Notes under the pieces: generated by a model
Told to the model about the DNA's origin: nothing
Databases searched by the model: none
What the model saw: only the letters and a program-made list of their open reading frames with translations
Shown here: piece by piece, positions 24,592-34,461 of the stretch
Position numbering within the stretch: position 1 is the stretch's first letter
How the letters are laid out: each line of letters opens with the position of its first letter
Assembly: GCA_044376115.1 (NCBI GenBank)
Contig: JBILLK010000045.1
Location: 1 to 46,757 of the forward strand
DNA length: 46,757 nucleotides
From: Polyangiaceae bacterium
GTDB taxonomy: Bacteria; Myxococcota_A; Polyangia; Polyangiales; Polyangiaceae
Direction: 5' to 3'
Made by a program: the position numbers and the translations under genes

Positions 24592-25803
24592 ATGCCGTCA
24601 ACGCTGACGTGGTTGGATCATTCAGACAAGGAGCGCCGTCGGGTTCTCGATGCGCTCGACAGGTTCAAGGAGACCGACACGCGCGACGAGTTGGGTTTGT
24701 CGTCGATTCGCGACGGCTTCGCCGACTTGTTCTTTCCGGGGACGAGCGTGCTGATGACCCGAGCGCGCTACTTCCTGTTTGTGCCGTGGCTTTACCTCGG
24801 GCTGATCGAGAAGAAGTCGAGCGGGGACTTCGGCGCGCGGCTGAGAACGGCTGAGCTCAAGTTGATCGAGACGCTCGGAGACGAGGTCGGGGTGATCGGT
24901 CGCGTAGCGAAGTCGACGCTGAAGCGGACGGCGAGCAGCATCTATTGGATCGGGCTCGGGGCTTGGGGCATTCGCACCAGCAAGTTCAAGAACGCCATGC
25001 AAGGCGAGTACAACGCGCTGCTCTCCGGGGGCGCTGGGCGTCTGTCGGCGCTCGTGCGTGACGACGACAACAACGCCGTCGAGGCTGGTTCGGGCGGCGC
25101 GTGGCACGGGCATTTGCCGAGGCCGCCGGAGGGCTTTCCCAAGGAGGCGGCGCTACCGTTATTGCCGCGAGAGGCCGTGTATCTGCAAGACCGCCTGCGC
25201 ATCTCGACGCCTGGTTCACTGCTCGCGCAAATGACCGAGCCGGGCTTCTTGCCCGACGAGAAGGCTTTGTTTCCCTGGCTGCATCAACGCCTGGGGGACC
25301 TAGCACCTGAGCTCCAACGGCAGCTGCACCATGCGCAATGCTTCGCCGAAGTGATGCATGGCGCGGCGCTGCTCTACAACTTGATGTTGGCCGAGAAGAG
25401 CAAAGGCCAACAGAAGAGTGAGACGGTCGATAAATACCGGCAGTGGTTGGCGGAGTGGTCGGAGGAACTCTCGCCGCGTGGCGCGGTGTTGGACGCGTGG
25501 GACCAAGCCGAGCTCTGGCAACTGGAAGCGGTCGCGACCGTGAGAGAACCGACAAAGACCTTCGTGTCGCAGTGGATCGCTCGACGCACCTGGAGCAAGC
25601 CGGAGACCGCGACGGACGACCCGGTGGCGCGCAAGCTGGTGGAGCGACGTGAGTTGCAGCTCAAGGGTCCGGCGCGCGCGCGGCTCGTCAATCCGCGAGC
25701 GCTCGAGTTGTGGGGTGGAGAATCGGGGACAGCCCGCCTGGCCTATCGCTGGGGGACCGCTGTGCAGATGGCGAAAGACATCGTGGAGGGGCTTAATGCT
25801 TGA
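24592..25803 (+). CDS. DUF6361-like protein, first gene of a three-gene defence operon (Azaca-like)
   Basis: TRDELGLSSIRDGFADLFFPGTS..TRARYFLFVPW is the DUF6361-type N-terminus as I recall it. RBS AAGGGG precedes the start. Confidence 0.72.
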   Translation: MPSTLTWLDHSDKERRRVLDALDRFKETDTRDELGLSSIRDGFADLFFPGTSVLMTRARYFLFVPWLYLGLIEKKSSGDFGARLRTAELKLIETLGDEVGVIGRVAKSTLKRTASSIYWIGLGAWGIRTSKFKNAMQGEYNALLSGGAGRLSALVRDDDNNAVEAGSGGAWHGHLPRPPEGFPKEAALPLLPREAVYLQDRLRISTPGSLLAQMTEPGFLPDEKALFPWLHQRLGDLAPELQRQLHHAQCFAEVMHGAALLYNLMLAEKSKGQQKSETVDKYRQWLAEWSEELSPRGAVLDAWDQAELWQLEAVATVREPTKTFVSQWIARRTWSKPETATDDPVARKLVERRELQLKGPARARLVNPRALELWGGESGTARLAYRWGTAVQMAKDIVEGLNA

Positions 25804-27673
25804 CCCGAAGAACCGAGGCGCGCTGCTCGAGGCGCTGCGTCCGCCGCCTGGCTTCAGCGTCGATGCGGCGATCGCTACGACGTACTCGCTCGATCTGCTG
25901 GCGCTCCTGACGGCACCGCTCGCCTTCTCGCTTTACGACCGTTTGGCGTCGAATGAGAGCAAAGCGGAGGTTTCGCAGCTCGACAGTCTCGCGTTGCTCG
26001 AGGCTGTGCGGCGGCACGCCGAGCGCTTGGTCGTGTTTTGCCATGGGGGCGCCATCGCCGTCCCGAAGGCCTATCGACAAGTCACGACCTACGTCGAGGA
26101 CTGCGTCGTCCAAGCCAGGGCTCGCGCCGAGGGCGGTGTGTTCCACCCGAAGCTCTGGGTGCAGCGCCTGACGTGCGCGAACGCGCCTGTGCGCTATCGG
26201 ATCCTCGTCAACAGTCGCAACCTAACCTTCGACCGTTGCTGGGACACGATGCTCGTGCTCGACGGCGAGCTAAAGGAACGCAAGACCTCTATCGTCGAGA
26301 GCAAGCCGCTCAGTGAGTTCGTCGCGGCGCTGCCATCGTTGGCGCTCGACCCGAGCGCGTTCCAAGGGCCACGTCGAGCGCTGCTCGAGCAGATCGCTGA
26401 GGAGCTGAGGCGCGTGGAGTACGAGAAGCCCGAGCACGTGGAGTCGCTCACCTTCTGGCCGATGGGTCACGACGGGCGCGTGCGCGAGCCGTTTCCTGAC
26501 CAGCTCGGAAAGACGCTGGTGATCTCTCCCTTCCTCGCGACGGCACGACTGGAGTCGTTGCTAGAGCGCGCAGGCGCTATCTCGCTCGTCTCGCGTGCGG
26601 ATGAGCTGGACAAGGTTCCGCTCGCGACGCTGAGTCGTTTCAGTGAAGTGAGCGTGCTCAACGACGCCGCGGAAGACCCGGAAGAGTCCGACGAGCCGGA
26701 GGTGGTGTCCTCCGGGCTTCCGCCTGCGCGCGGCCTTCACGCCAAACTCTACGTTACCGACCAAGGGCGGGATGCGAGCTTGTGGACGGGGTCGGCCAAC
26801 GCGTCGAGAGCAGCGTTCTCGCAGAACGTCGAGCTCTTGGTGCAGCTTTCGGGCAAGAAGAGCAAGCTCGGTGTGGAGACGTTCTTCCAGGGAGGCAAAG
26901 ACGGTGAAGGGCTGCGCTCGCTGCTCGTCCCCTATCAGCGCGAGAGCGACGACTGCCTTCCCTCGCAGGAGGACCTCACGTTGCAACAGTTGCTGCGGCG
27001 GGAGACCGAAGCACTCGTCGCCGCCGGCTGGACGACACGCCTCGTGATCGATGCGGGCACAGCGCCGCCTCGCGAGACCTACAGCTTCAGCGTGGAGCCG
27101 CAAAAGCCTTGGACGCCAGGCGCTGGCTGCTCGGTTTCTGTGTGGCCGATCAGTCTGCCGCGCGAGCGCGCCAGTGCGCTGCAAGCGGGAGCCCCGGTTG
27201 TGTTCGAGCGCTGCTCCTTTCAGGCCATCACCCCGTTTCTCGCGTTCGAGGTGCGGCATCAGGACAGCGGCGAGACGGCCGTCGTGGTGATCAAGGCCAC
27301 GCTCGACGGCGCGCCGGCGAACCGCGGAGCGCGGGTGCTTCAGTCGATGCTGGACGATCCTGCGAAGGTGCTGCGTTTCCTGCGCATGTTGCTGGCGACC
27401 GAGATCGAGGAGGCGCTCGCTCTGTTGGACGATGGCGACACCGACGGCCATGCCGCAAGCGGGGGCTCGCAACCCGAGGTTCCCTTGTTCGAGACGCTGA
27501 CCCGTGCGTTTGATCGCAGCCCAGAGAAGTTGGAGCACGTGGACCGTTTGATGCGCGAGCTGCGAAGCAGTGAGGGCGGTGAACAGCTGGTCCCGCCGGG
27601 GTTCGATACGGTCTGGCAACCACTGTGGGCCGCCTACCAGAGCACGCTACGAACCGCCTCGGAGAAGCCATGA
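25796..27673 (+). CDS. Phospholipase D-family nuclease with two HxK motifs
   Basis: FHPKLWV...NSRNLT and LHAKLYV...GSANAS. ATG at 25796 follows GGAGG and overlaps the previous gene. Confidence 0.85.
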   Translation: MLDPKNRGALLEALRPPPGFSVDAAIATTYSLDLLALLTAPLAFSLYDRLASNESKAEVSQLDSLALLEAVRRHAERLVVFCHGGAIAVPKAYRQVTTYVEDCVVQARARAEGGVFHPKLWVQRLTCANAPVRYRILVNSRNLTFDRCWDTMLVLDGELKERKTSIVESKPLSEFVAALPSLALDPSAFQGPRRALLEQIAEELRRVEYEKPEHVESLTFWPMGHDGRVREPFPDQLGKTLVISPFLATARLESLLERAGAISLVSRADELDKVPLATLSRFSEVSVLNDAAEDPEESDEPEVVSSGLPPARGLHAKLYVTDQGRDASLWTGSANASRAAFSQNVELLVQLSGKKSKLGVETFFQGGKDGEGLRSLLVPYQRESDDCLPSQEDLTLQQLLRRETEALVAAGWTTRLVIDAGTAPPRETYSFSVEPQKPWTPGAGCSVSVWPISLPRERASALQAGAPVVFERCSFQAITPFLAFEVRHQDSGETAVVVIKATLDGAPANRGARVLQSMLDDPAKVLRFLRMLLATEIEEALALLDDGDTDGHAASGGSQPEVPLFETLTRAFDRSPEKLEHVDRLMRELRSSEGGEQLVPPGFDTVWQPLWAAYQSTLRTASEKP

Positions 27674-30600
27674 ACCGCGTAGCCGACCGAGTCCTGGGGG
27701 ACTTGAAGGACTTTCAGCGCAAGACCGTCGAGTACGTCTTCGACCGCTTGTACGCCGCCGACGCCTCCGGCCGATTCTTGGTCGCCGACGAGGTGGGGCT
27801 GGGCAAGACGATGATCGCCCGCGGCGTGATCGCCAAGGCCATCGACCGTCTGCGAGACCAAAAGATCCCACGCATCGACGTCGTCTACATCTGCTCGAAC
27901 GGTGACATCGCGCGGCAGAACATCAACCGGCTTCGGGTCTCGGACGAACAGCACGTTGCGCTGGCTTCGCGTCTAACCCTGCTGCCGAAGGATCTGAAGC
28001 GGCTCACCGCATCGAAGAATGGCGTCAACTTCATCAGCTTCACCCCTGCTACCTCCTTCGAGCTTTCCCAGGGATTGGGACGCGCCGACGAACGCGTGCT
28101 GCTTTACTCAATGCTCCGCCGCATATGGGAGCTTGGTGACAAGACGCCGCCCAAGAATGTGTTTCAGGGCAACGTCTCGCCAGAGAACTTTCGGCGGCTG
28201 GTCGAGATCTTCGACCACGACTTGATCGAAGCGCCATCGATAAAGGCCTTCGCTGAGAAGCTCGAGCTGCACGACGCCTTGCGACCCGAACAGCCGGGCA
28301 TGCGTGTGCGTTTCGACAAGCTGTGCCAGACGTTTGCGAGGGCTGACAGCCGCATCTCCAACGAGATGTCGCAAGAGCGTTATCGGTTCATCGGCGAGTT
28401 GCGGCTAGCGCTCGCCGCGAGCACCGTTCACGCGCTCGAGCCTGACCTCATCATACTCGACGAGTTCCAGCGCTTCAGCCACCTCCTGGGCGGTGAAGAC
28501 GACGCAAGTCGGCTTGCTCGCGAGCTGTTCGAATACAAGGACGTCCGAGTTCTCCTGCTCTCTGCGACGCCGTACAAGATGTACACGACCGCGAACGAAG
28601 CGAACGCGGACACGCCCGAGGATCACTACAGCGACTTCGTGCAGACGGTGCGCTTCCTCGAGCGCGAAACGGGGCAAACGGCTGGACTCGATACCGTGAT
28701 CGGGGAGTACCGCGAGAGCTTGCTCGCGCTGGGTCGAGGCGCAGGCAACGGGGGCCGCATTCAAGAAGCCAAACGTGGCCTGGAGACGCGCCTGCGCAAC
28801 GTGATGGTCCGTACCGAGCGGCTAGCGTCGACGGAAGATCGCAATGGGATGTTAGCGGAGATCAACTGTGTAGCGCCGCCGCGCGAAGAGGACTTTCACA
28901 GCTACAAGGCGCTCCAGAGCGTGGCCAAAGCGGTTGAGGCCGACGATACGATGGAGCTTTGGAAGAGCGCGCCCTACCTGCTCAGCTTCGTTGACGATGA
29001 CTACAAGCTTGGGCGCTGCCTAAGCGCTGAGCTCGAAAGCCCAGCGGGGCGAGCTCGGCTTGCGCCAGAAATCCGGGCCTCGCGGAGTGTGCTGCCGTGG
29101 GCAGACGCCGAGGGGTTTCGCCCGATCGAGGCAGGCAATCCACGCATGCGCTCGCTGACCGATGATGTGGTCGAACAAGGCGCTTGGCAGCTGCTGTGGA
29201 TACCGCCTTCCCTTCCCTACTACCGCCTATCGGGCGTGTTCGCGAATCCCGCGCTCCGCAACTTCACCAAACGGCTCGTCTTCAGCGCCTGGCGCGTGGT
29301 CCCGCGCGCCGTCGCCGCGTTCCTCAGCTACGAGGTCGACCGGCGCATGAACGCTCATGATCCCGAGGCGCGCAACACTCCGGAGGGCCGCAAACGGCGC
29401 GGTCAGCTGCTTCGCTTCAGCCGCTCCGAAGGTCGACTCACCGGCATGCCGGTGTTGGCGCTGCTCTACCCGAGCATTGTACTGGCCCGCGCTTGCGACC
29501 CGGCGCGCCTCTTCGCCGAGCGCAGCAGCGGCAAGCACGAAAGCGGGACGAACGAAGACGAAGGCACCTCGCTGGAGGAGATCCTCGCCGACGCACAGCA
29601 GAACCTCGAACTCAGTCTGCGCCGCCTGAAGGCCGGCGACAGCAACGGGCCGGTCGACGAGCGCTGGTACTGGGCTGCCCCGCTGCTCTTGGATCGTTTG
29701 GTTGCACCGGCCGAAACCCAGGACTGGTTCCGACAGGCTGATCTCGCCGCTGTTTGGGCAGGCGCTGATAAGGACGACAAAGAGGACGCCGACGGCAGCG
29801 AGGAAGTTGCGACTGGTCCATCGGCCGCGCGTAACGCCGAAGATGACGGCTGGAGTCTTCACGTGCTCGAGGCGCGAAAGCTCGCGCTCGATGAGCCCGG
29901 CGCCGTTGCGCTTGGGCGCATGCCCGAGGACCTTCTGGAGGTGCTCGCCGAGCTTGCTGTCGCCGGTCCAGCCGTTGCGATGTTGCGTGCGCTCGAGCGC
30001 GTTATGGGCCGCGAGCAGCAGCAGAACGAGGCCGAGGGCGACGCGGTGAAAGCCGGCAAGCGGCTGCGCCGAAATGGCGCGGCACAAATCGCGTGGTCGT
30101 TTCGCGCGCTGTTCAACCGCGGCGGCGTGACCTCGATGCTACGCGCCGATCCGAAGCGCGCCGAGCAGCCCTACTGGCGCCTGGCGCTCCGCTACTGCGC
30201 TGAGGGCTGCCTACCGGCGGTGCTCGACGAGTACGCCCACGTCTTGCGCGACCACCTCGGCCTGCGCGAAGGGAGCCTCCACCACCGCGTGCACGAGATC
30301 GCCGATCAGATTCGCGACGCCCTCGAGCTCCGGCCGGCTCAGGTGAAGATCAACGACTACGTCCCCGACGCAAAGGGTCGAGGGCTTCAAGCCGTTCCTC
30401 AAAACCTGCTCACCCACTTCGCGGCGCGGTTCGCCGATGAGACCCAGGAAGACGGGACGAAGAGCCGCGCCGATCTCGTCCGCAAAGCCTTCAACTCACC
30501 GTTCTGGCCGTTCGTGCTCACCACCACCTCGGTCGGTCAAGAAGGCTTGGACTTCCACAACTACTGCCACGCCGTCGTTCACTGGAACCTGCCCTCCAAC

Positions 30601-31017
30601 CCCGTCGACCTCGAGCAACGTGAAGGCCGCGTGCATCGGTTCAAGGGTCACGCGGTTCGGCGGAACGTCGCGCTCAGTCACGGTCAGGCCGCCCTCCAAA
30701 GCGAGACCGGCGACATCTGGGAAGACCTCTTCCAACACGCAGCCGCCGAAGCCAAAGCCGCGGGCAAGAGCGAGATCGTTCCCTACTGGGTCTACACGCG
30801 TGAGAACGGCGCCCAGATCGAGCGCCGCATCCTCGCCCCGCCACTCAGCCGCGAACAGACGCAAGCGTGGGCCCTCAAGCGATCCCTCGCCGTGTACCGC
30901 ATGGTCTTCGGCCAACCCCGACAAGACGACCTCGTCGACTACCTCACCTCACGCGTCCCAAAGGAGGAGCTCGACCGCGTGATGGAGGAGACGAAGATCG
31001 ACCTTGGGCCGCGGTAG
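27670..31017 (+). CDS. SF2 (SNF2-like) helicase, third gene of the Azaca-like operon
   Basis: ADEVGLGKT, LDEFQ, LSATP, GQEGLDFH, LEQREGRVHR. ATGA overlap with the PLD gene. Confidence 0.88.
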   Translation: MNRVADRVLGDLKDFQRKTVEYVFDRLYAADASGRFLVADEVGLGKTMIARGVIAKAIDRLRDQKIPRIDVVYICSNGDIARQNINRLRVSDEQHVALASRLTLLPKDLKRLTASKNGVNFISFTPATSFELSQGLGRADERVLLYSMLRRIWELGDKTPPKNVFQGNVSPENFRRLVEIFDHDLIEAPSIKAFAEKLELHDALRPEQPGMRVRFDKLCQTFARADSRISNEMSQERYRFIGELRLALAASTVHALEPDLIILDEFQRFSHLLGGEDDASRLARELFEYKDVRVLLLSATPYKMYTTANEANADTPEDHYSDFVQTVRFLERETGQTAGLDTVIGEYRESLLALGRGAGNGGRIQEAKRGLETRLRNVMVRTERLASTEDRNGMLAEINCVAPPREEDFHSYKALQSVAKAVEADDTMELWKSAPYLLSFVDDDYKLGRCLSAELESPAGRARLAPEIRASRSVLPWADAEGFRPIEAGNPRMRSLTDDVVEQGAWQLLWIPPSLPYYRLSGVFANPALRNFTKRLVFSAWRVVPRAVAAFLSYEVDRRMNAHDPEARNTPEGRKRRGQLLRFSRSEGRLTGMPVLALLYPSIVLARACDPARLFAERSSGKHESGTNEDEGTSLEEILADAQQNLELSLRRLKAGDSNGPVDERWYWAAPLLLDRLVAPAETQDWFRQADLAAVWAGADKDDKEDADGSEEVATGPSAARNAEDDGWSLHVLEARKLALDEPGAVALGRMPEDLLEVLAELAVAGPAVAMLRALERVMGREQQQNEAEGDAVKAGKRLRRNGAAQIAWSFRALFNRGGVTSMLRADPKRAEQPYWRLALRYCAEGCLPAVLDEYAHVLRDHLGLREGSLHHRVHEIADQIRDALELRPAQVKINDYVPDAKGRGLQAVPQNLLTHFAARFADETQEDGTKSRADLVRKAFNSPFWPFVLTTTSVGQEGLDFHNYCHAVVHWNLPSNPVDLEQREGRVHRFKGHAVRRNVALSHGQAALQSETGDIWEDLFQHAAAEAKAAGKSEIVPYWVYTRENGAQIERRILAPPLSREQTQAWALKRSLAVYRMVFGQPRQDDLVDYLTSRVPKEELDRVMEETKIDLGPR

Positions 31018-31031
31018 GACGGGTGGGTATC

Positions 31032-31119
31032 GCAGCGGACCGAGCAGCGTGAGTCGTGCCGCCGACTGGTGCAGCGGACCGAGCAGCGCGCGTCGTGCGG
31101 CCGACTCGTGCAGCGGACC
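31032..31119. repeat. 39-bp tandem repeat (~2.3 copies) leading into double-hairpin element 1
   Basis: GCAGCGGACC starts at 31032, 31071 and 31110, with near-identical intervening sequence. Confidence 0.85.
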
Positions 31120-31124
31120 GGCGA

Positions 31125-31361
31125 GCGACATTGGGCCTCGCGATAACTTATCCGGCGCCCCAATGTCGCACCGGCCGTGAGCGGTGCGGCAAGCTCGGGT
31201 CGCCCATCGGCGTGCCAGCGGCGTTCCGGCAGCGGCCTACTGGCCGATCTCAGCGGATCCTCGCCTGCGGCCGCTCTCGGTTGCGCGGTGACGCCTCAAG
31301 CTACTCGAGCGCGCGTGCGACATTCGGCCGGGCGATAAACCATCGGGCGCCTGAATGTCGC
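31125..31361. repeat. Double-hairpin (REP/REPIN-like) element, copy 1
   Basis: 45-nt GCGACATT-N29-AATGTCGC palindromes at 31125-31169 and 31317-31361. Confidence 0.9.
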
Positions 31362-31406
31362 TCGGCTTCACAGCCTCGAGCAGCTGGTCTGCGCTGCGCC
31401 CCCCTT

Positions 31407-32036
31407 TCACGGACAGCGCGGCGCGATGTACTCCCCGCTCGGATCCGTCTCCGCGATGGAATTGGAGACCGTGAGGCGGAAGTGCACCGAGCTGTCGTCG
31501 ATCGCGAGGATCTCGAGGGTCCCTGACAGCCCGCCGCCGCCCCACCCACAGTCCTCTGCATCGATCGGATCCTCGTGCAGCTCCGATGTTTCCGACTTGC
31601 CTGCGGTGATCTGCGGGCTCTCGAGATCGTACACACCCACCGCCTGGAGAGCCGGCGGCAGCGAGATGCTCACGCTCCAGTGAAAACCGCACGGGAGGAG
31701 CACGGAGGCTTCTCCGCAGCTGACCCCGATGTCCGAGAGCTTTAGGAAGAGTTCATCCGGATCGAAGCCACCACCCGACGTGAAGTAGCCGGTGTCCAGC
31801 AGAACCTCGAGCTGAGCCCGCGTGATCGCCATCGCAAGCATCTCGGGCGTAGAGGACGAGCTCGTGCTCCCGCCGAGCCCTTGACCCGTGCTCGAAGCGG
31901 CCTGCCCTCCGCCGCCCTCGTCCGTGCCCCCGCCTCCGACGACGGTGGTCCCGCAGCCGGCGAGCGACGCGAGCCCAAGGAGGAGCACGGCCGCGCTGGC
32001 GGACTGGCGAACAGAGGCTAGGTGGGTGATCGACAT
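31407..32036 (-). CDS. Putative lipoprotein, Gly-rich N-terminus
   Basis: AGGAG RBS; MSITHLASVRQSASAAVLLLGLASLAGC lipobox. Confidence 0.75.
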   Translation of the reverse strand: MSITHLASVRQSASAAVLLLGLASLAGCGTTVVGGGGTDEGGGGQAASSTGQGLGGSTSSSSTPEMLAMAITRAQLEVLLDTGYFTSGGGFDPDELFLKLSDIGVSCGEASVLLPCGFHWSVSISLPPALQAVGVYDLESPQITAGKSETSELHEDPIDAEDCGWGGGGLSGTLEILAIDDSSVHFRLTVSNSIAETDPSGEYIAPRCP

Positions 32037-32200
32037 GGCGCGCTCCTGTCTCAAGGTGGCTCGCGGCTTGGAGCCCCTTTCGGAGCGTACGTTAATGCGG
32101 CCGTTCGCGTGGTTGTTGTAAGCACTTTCGCGGTTGGCCGCGCGCGGGGATTGTTGCTGTGAGCTGTAAAGGCAGGACCTGCGGGCGCCGCCGTCGCGAC

Positions 32201-32257
32201 TCGGCGGAACGTCGCGCGCAGTCACGGCCAAGCCGCCCTCCAAAGCGAGACCGGCGA
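32201..32257 (+). repeat. 57-bp scar copied from the helicase gene (30657-30713)
   Basis: 54/57 identity by direct comparison; abuts element copy 2. Confidence 0.9.
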
Positions 32258-32260
32258 GCA

Positions 32261-32506
32261 GCGACATTGAGCCGCGCGATAACTTATCCGGCGCCCCAAT
32301 GTCGCACCGGCCGTGAGCGGCTCGGCAAGCTCGGGTCGCCCAGCGGGGTGCGTGCGGCGTGTCAGCGGCGTACCGGCAGCGGCCTACTGCCCGATCTCAG
32401 CGGAATCTCGCCTGCGGCGGCTCTCGATTGCGCGGTTACGCCTCGAGCTGCGAGCGCGCGTGCGACATTCGGCCGGGCGATAAACCATCGGGGGCCTGAA
32501 TGTCGC
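32261..32506. repeat. Double-hairpin element, copy 2 (same subfamily as copy 1)
   Basis: Hairpins at 32261-32305 and 32462-32506; the spacer is similar to that of copy 1. Confidence 0.9.
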
Positions 32507-32588
32507 TCGCCTTCGCGGCGGCTCTTCGACGTGGCCCTCCGCCCTCCCCCGCCAGACCGGCATGCTAGCCTGAGCCTCTCGCAAGCCC

Positions 32589-33149
32589 GTGCCGTCGCTC
32601 GAAATGACTTACGAAGAATACGTTGCCTTCGAGCGCGACGCCGAGTCGAAGCACGAGTTCGTGAATGGCCGGGTCTACGCCATGAGCGGGGGTTCGCCCG
32701 AACATGCGCGGCTGGCGGCTGGGCTCATCTCGCTGCTCACGGTTGGGTTACGCGGCAAGCCCTGCGTTGCATTTACCTCCGACCTGCGCGTGCGGATCCA
32801 AGCAACAGGACGCACGACGTACCCGGACGTCACCGTGGTCTGCGGCGCACTCGAACGTGACAGCGTCGACACCGACGCAGTGACGAACCCGCGCGTGATC
32901 GTGGAGGTTCTTTCACCGACGACCGAGAGTTCGGATCGCGGCGACAAATGGGCGCACTACCAACGGATCGACTCGCTGCGTGAATACGTCCTTGTAAGCC
33001 AATCGACCCAGCGCATCGAGGTCTACAGCCGCGACGAAGCGCAATCCGGCTGGCTGTACCGACAATACGGCCCCGGTGAAAGCGCGCAGCTTCCGTCGCT
33101 CGAGCTCAACCTCGAGCTGGATGCGCTGTACGCAAACCCGCTGGCTTGA
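32589..33149 (+). CDS. Uma2 (DUF820) family PD-(D/E)XK endonuclease-like protein
   Basis: KHEFVNGRVYAMSGGSPEH, YPDVTVVC, VEVLSPTTESSDRGDK, LREYVLV. Confidence 0.9.
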   Translation: MPSLEMTYEEYVAFERDAESKHEFVNGRVYAMSGGSPEHARLAAGLISLLTVGLRGKPCVAFTSDLRVRIQATGRTTYPDVTVVCGALERDSVDTDAVTNPRVIVEVLSPTTESSDRGDKWAHYQRIDSLREYVLVSQSTQRIEVYSRDEAQSGWLYRQYGPGESAQLPSLELNLELDALYANPLA

Positions 33150-33508
33150 GCTGGGGCTCAACGACGAACGTCAGCTCGACGGGGACGTCAATAAGTGTAG
33201 ATCTTCCCCTCTGGATCGATGCCCCCGCTTCGGGTCGCCGCGGAGGGGGTCGGCGGGACCAGAGCCTTCGCAAGCGACCGCGACGATCCAACGAGCGGCG
33301 AACCGGTCTTCGGGGGTAGCGAGCGTACCCTCTTCGTTGTTGAGCGCCGAAGGCGGCCAGTCCTCGCGATGGGAAGCGAGCCAGCGCCACTCGACGACGC
33401 TGCGTGGCTGCGTGGGCTGCGTGGGCTCGGACCCCCCCGGCATGCAGGCGCAGAGCGTGCCCAGCGCGACCGATGCGCACACCCGGAGACGCCTTCGCAG
33501 CAAGCCGC

Positions 33509-34438
33509 TCACAGCGAGCAATACGCCGGGAACCCCGCGGGCAAGCCCTTCTCATAGGGCTCGGGCCAGGCGCCGAAGGGGTGGTCCTGCAGGAACTGCC
33601 AGGCGGAGGCGCGCGCGTCTGCCGGGACGATGTGGGCCTTTCCGTGATCGCAGACGAAGGCGAAGTGGCCTCTGTCCTTGAGGAGCTGGACGTAGGCCTC
33701 GGTCTGCGTCTCGAACTCGAGGATGACAATGTCGTTCGGGCCGCCGTGGAACGTCATCGCTGGGAACAGGTTCGACTCGTCCTGCACGCTGGGATAGCCG
33801 ACGTGCGCGCCCGAATAGGTCACTACACTGGCGATGTACCCGGAGCGCCGAAAGCCCAGCTGGGCGGTGTTCATGGCGCCGGCGCTGAAGCCAACGCTGT
33901 GGATGCGCCGCAGGTCGACGCCCACCTTCTCGATGGCGCAGGCCAGCACCTCGTCCATCACCCGCAGGTCTGCGTCGTCGCTGCCTCCGAGCGCCAGGTA
34001 CCACGGCAAACTTCCTGTTTCTGGAGCCTGCACGGGGGCGGCGACGATGCCGCCCTGGTCGGTGATCTCCTTGATGACGTCCGAGCTGAGCGCGTACGAG
34101 GCCTCGTCGGGAGAGCCACCCGCGCCGTGCCAGAAGAAGACCACCGGTCCGTCGAGGGTCTTCGCGGCCTCGGAGATCCACAGCTTCACGTCGCGGGACT
34201 TGCCGTCGGGGGCGACCGTGATGGTTCCCTCGATCAGCTCGGGGCAGGCGCCCGACGGCTTCGGCACGAACGCCTCGTTGGGGGTGGTAGCGGGCGCCAT
34301 GCCGCCACTGCCACCGCTGCCGCCGCTCCCACCGCCGCCTGTGTCACCCGTGCTCGCGGTCTCGGAGCTCTCGCAGCCCGCGAGGCCGATCAAAAGGGAG
34401 GAGGTCGCAGCGGCGAGGAGGAGGGAGGAAGCGCGCAC
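33509..34438 (-). CDS. Lipoprotein alpha/beta hydrolase (esterase/PHB depolymerase-like)
   Basis: Lipobox LAGC, WHGAGG, nucleophile elbow GFSAG, HGGPND, KAHIVP. The start is set at the GTG before the signal peptide. Confidence 0.8.
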   Translation of the reverse strand: MRASSLLLAAATSSLLIGLAGCESSETASTGDTGGGGSGGSGGSGGMAPATTPNEAFVPKPSGACPELIEGTITVAPDGKSRDVKLWISEAAKTLDGPVVFFWHGAGGSPDEASYALSSDVIKEITDQGGIVAAPVQAPETGSLPWYLALGGSDDADLRVMDEVLACAIEKVGVDLRRIHSVGFSAGAMNTAQLGFRRSGYIASVVTYSGAHVGYPSVQDESNLFPAMTFHGGPNDIVILEFETQTEAYVQLLKDRGHFAFVCDHGKAHIVPADARASAWQFLQDHPFGAWPEPYEKGLPAGFPAYCSL

Positions 34439-34461
34439 GGCACGACGATACACGAGTGTGG

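Noticed and set aside
24592..31017. DISARM system (PLD plus helicase)
   Set aside because: No DrmA/DrmB (DUF1998) or DrmM genes, and the PLD is a large two-motif protein rather than the small DrmC.
33171..33521. 116-aa minus-strand ORF with a lipobox-like segment
   Set aside because: It could be a truncated lipoprotein, but there is no recognisable domain or clear start, so support is insufficient.
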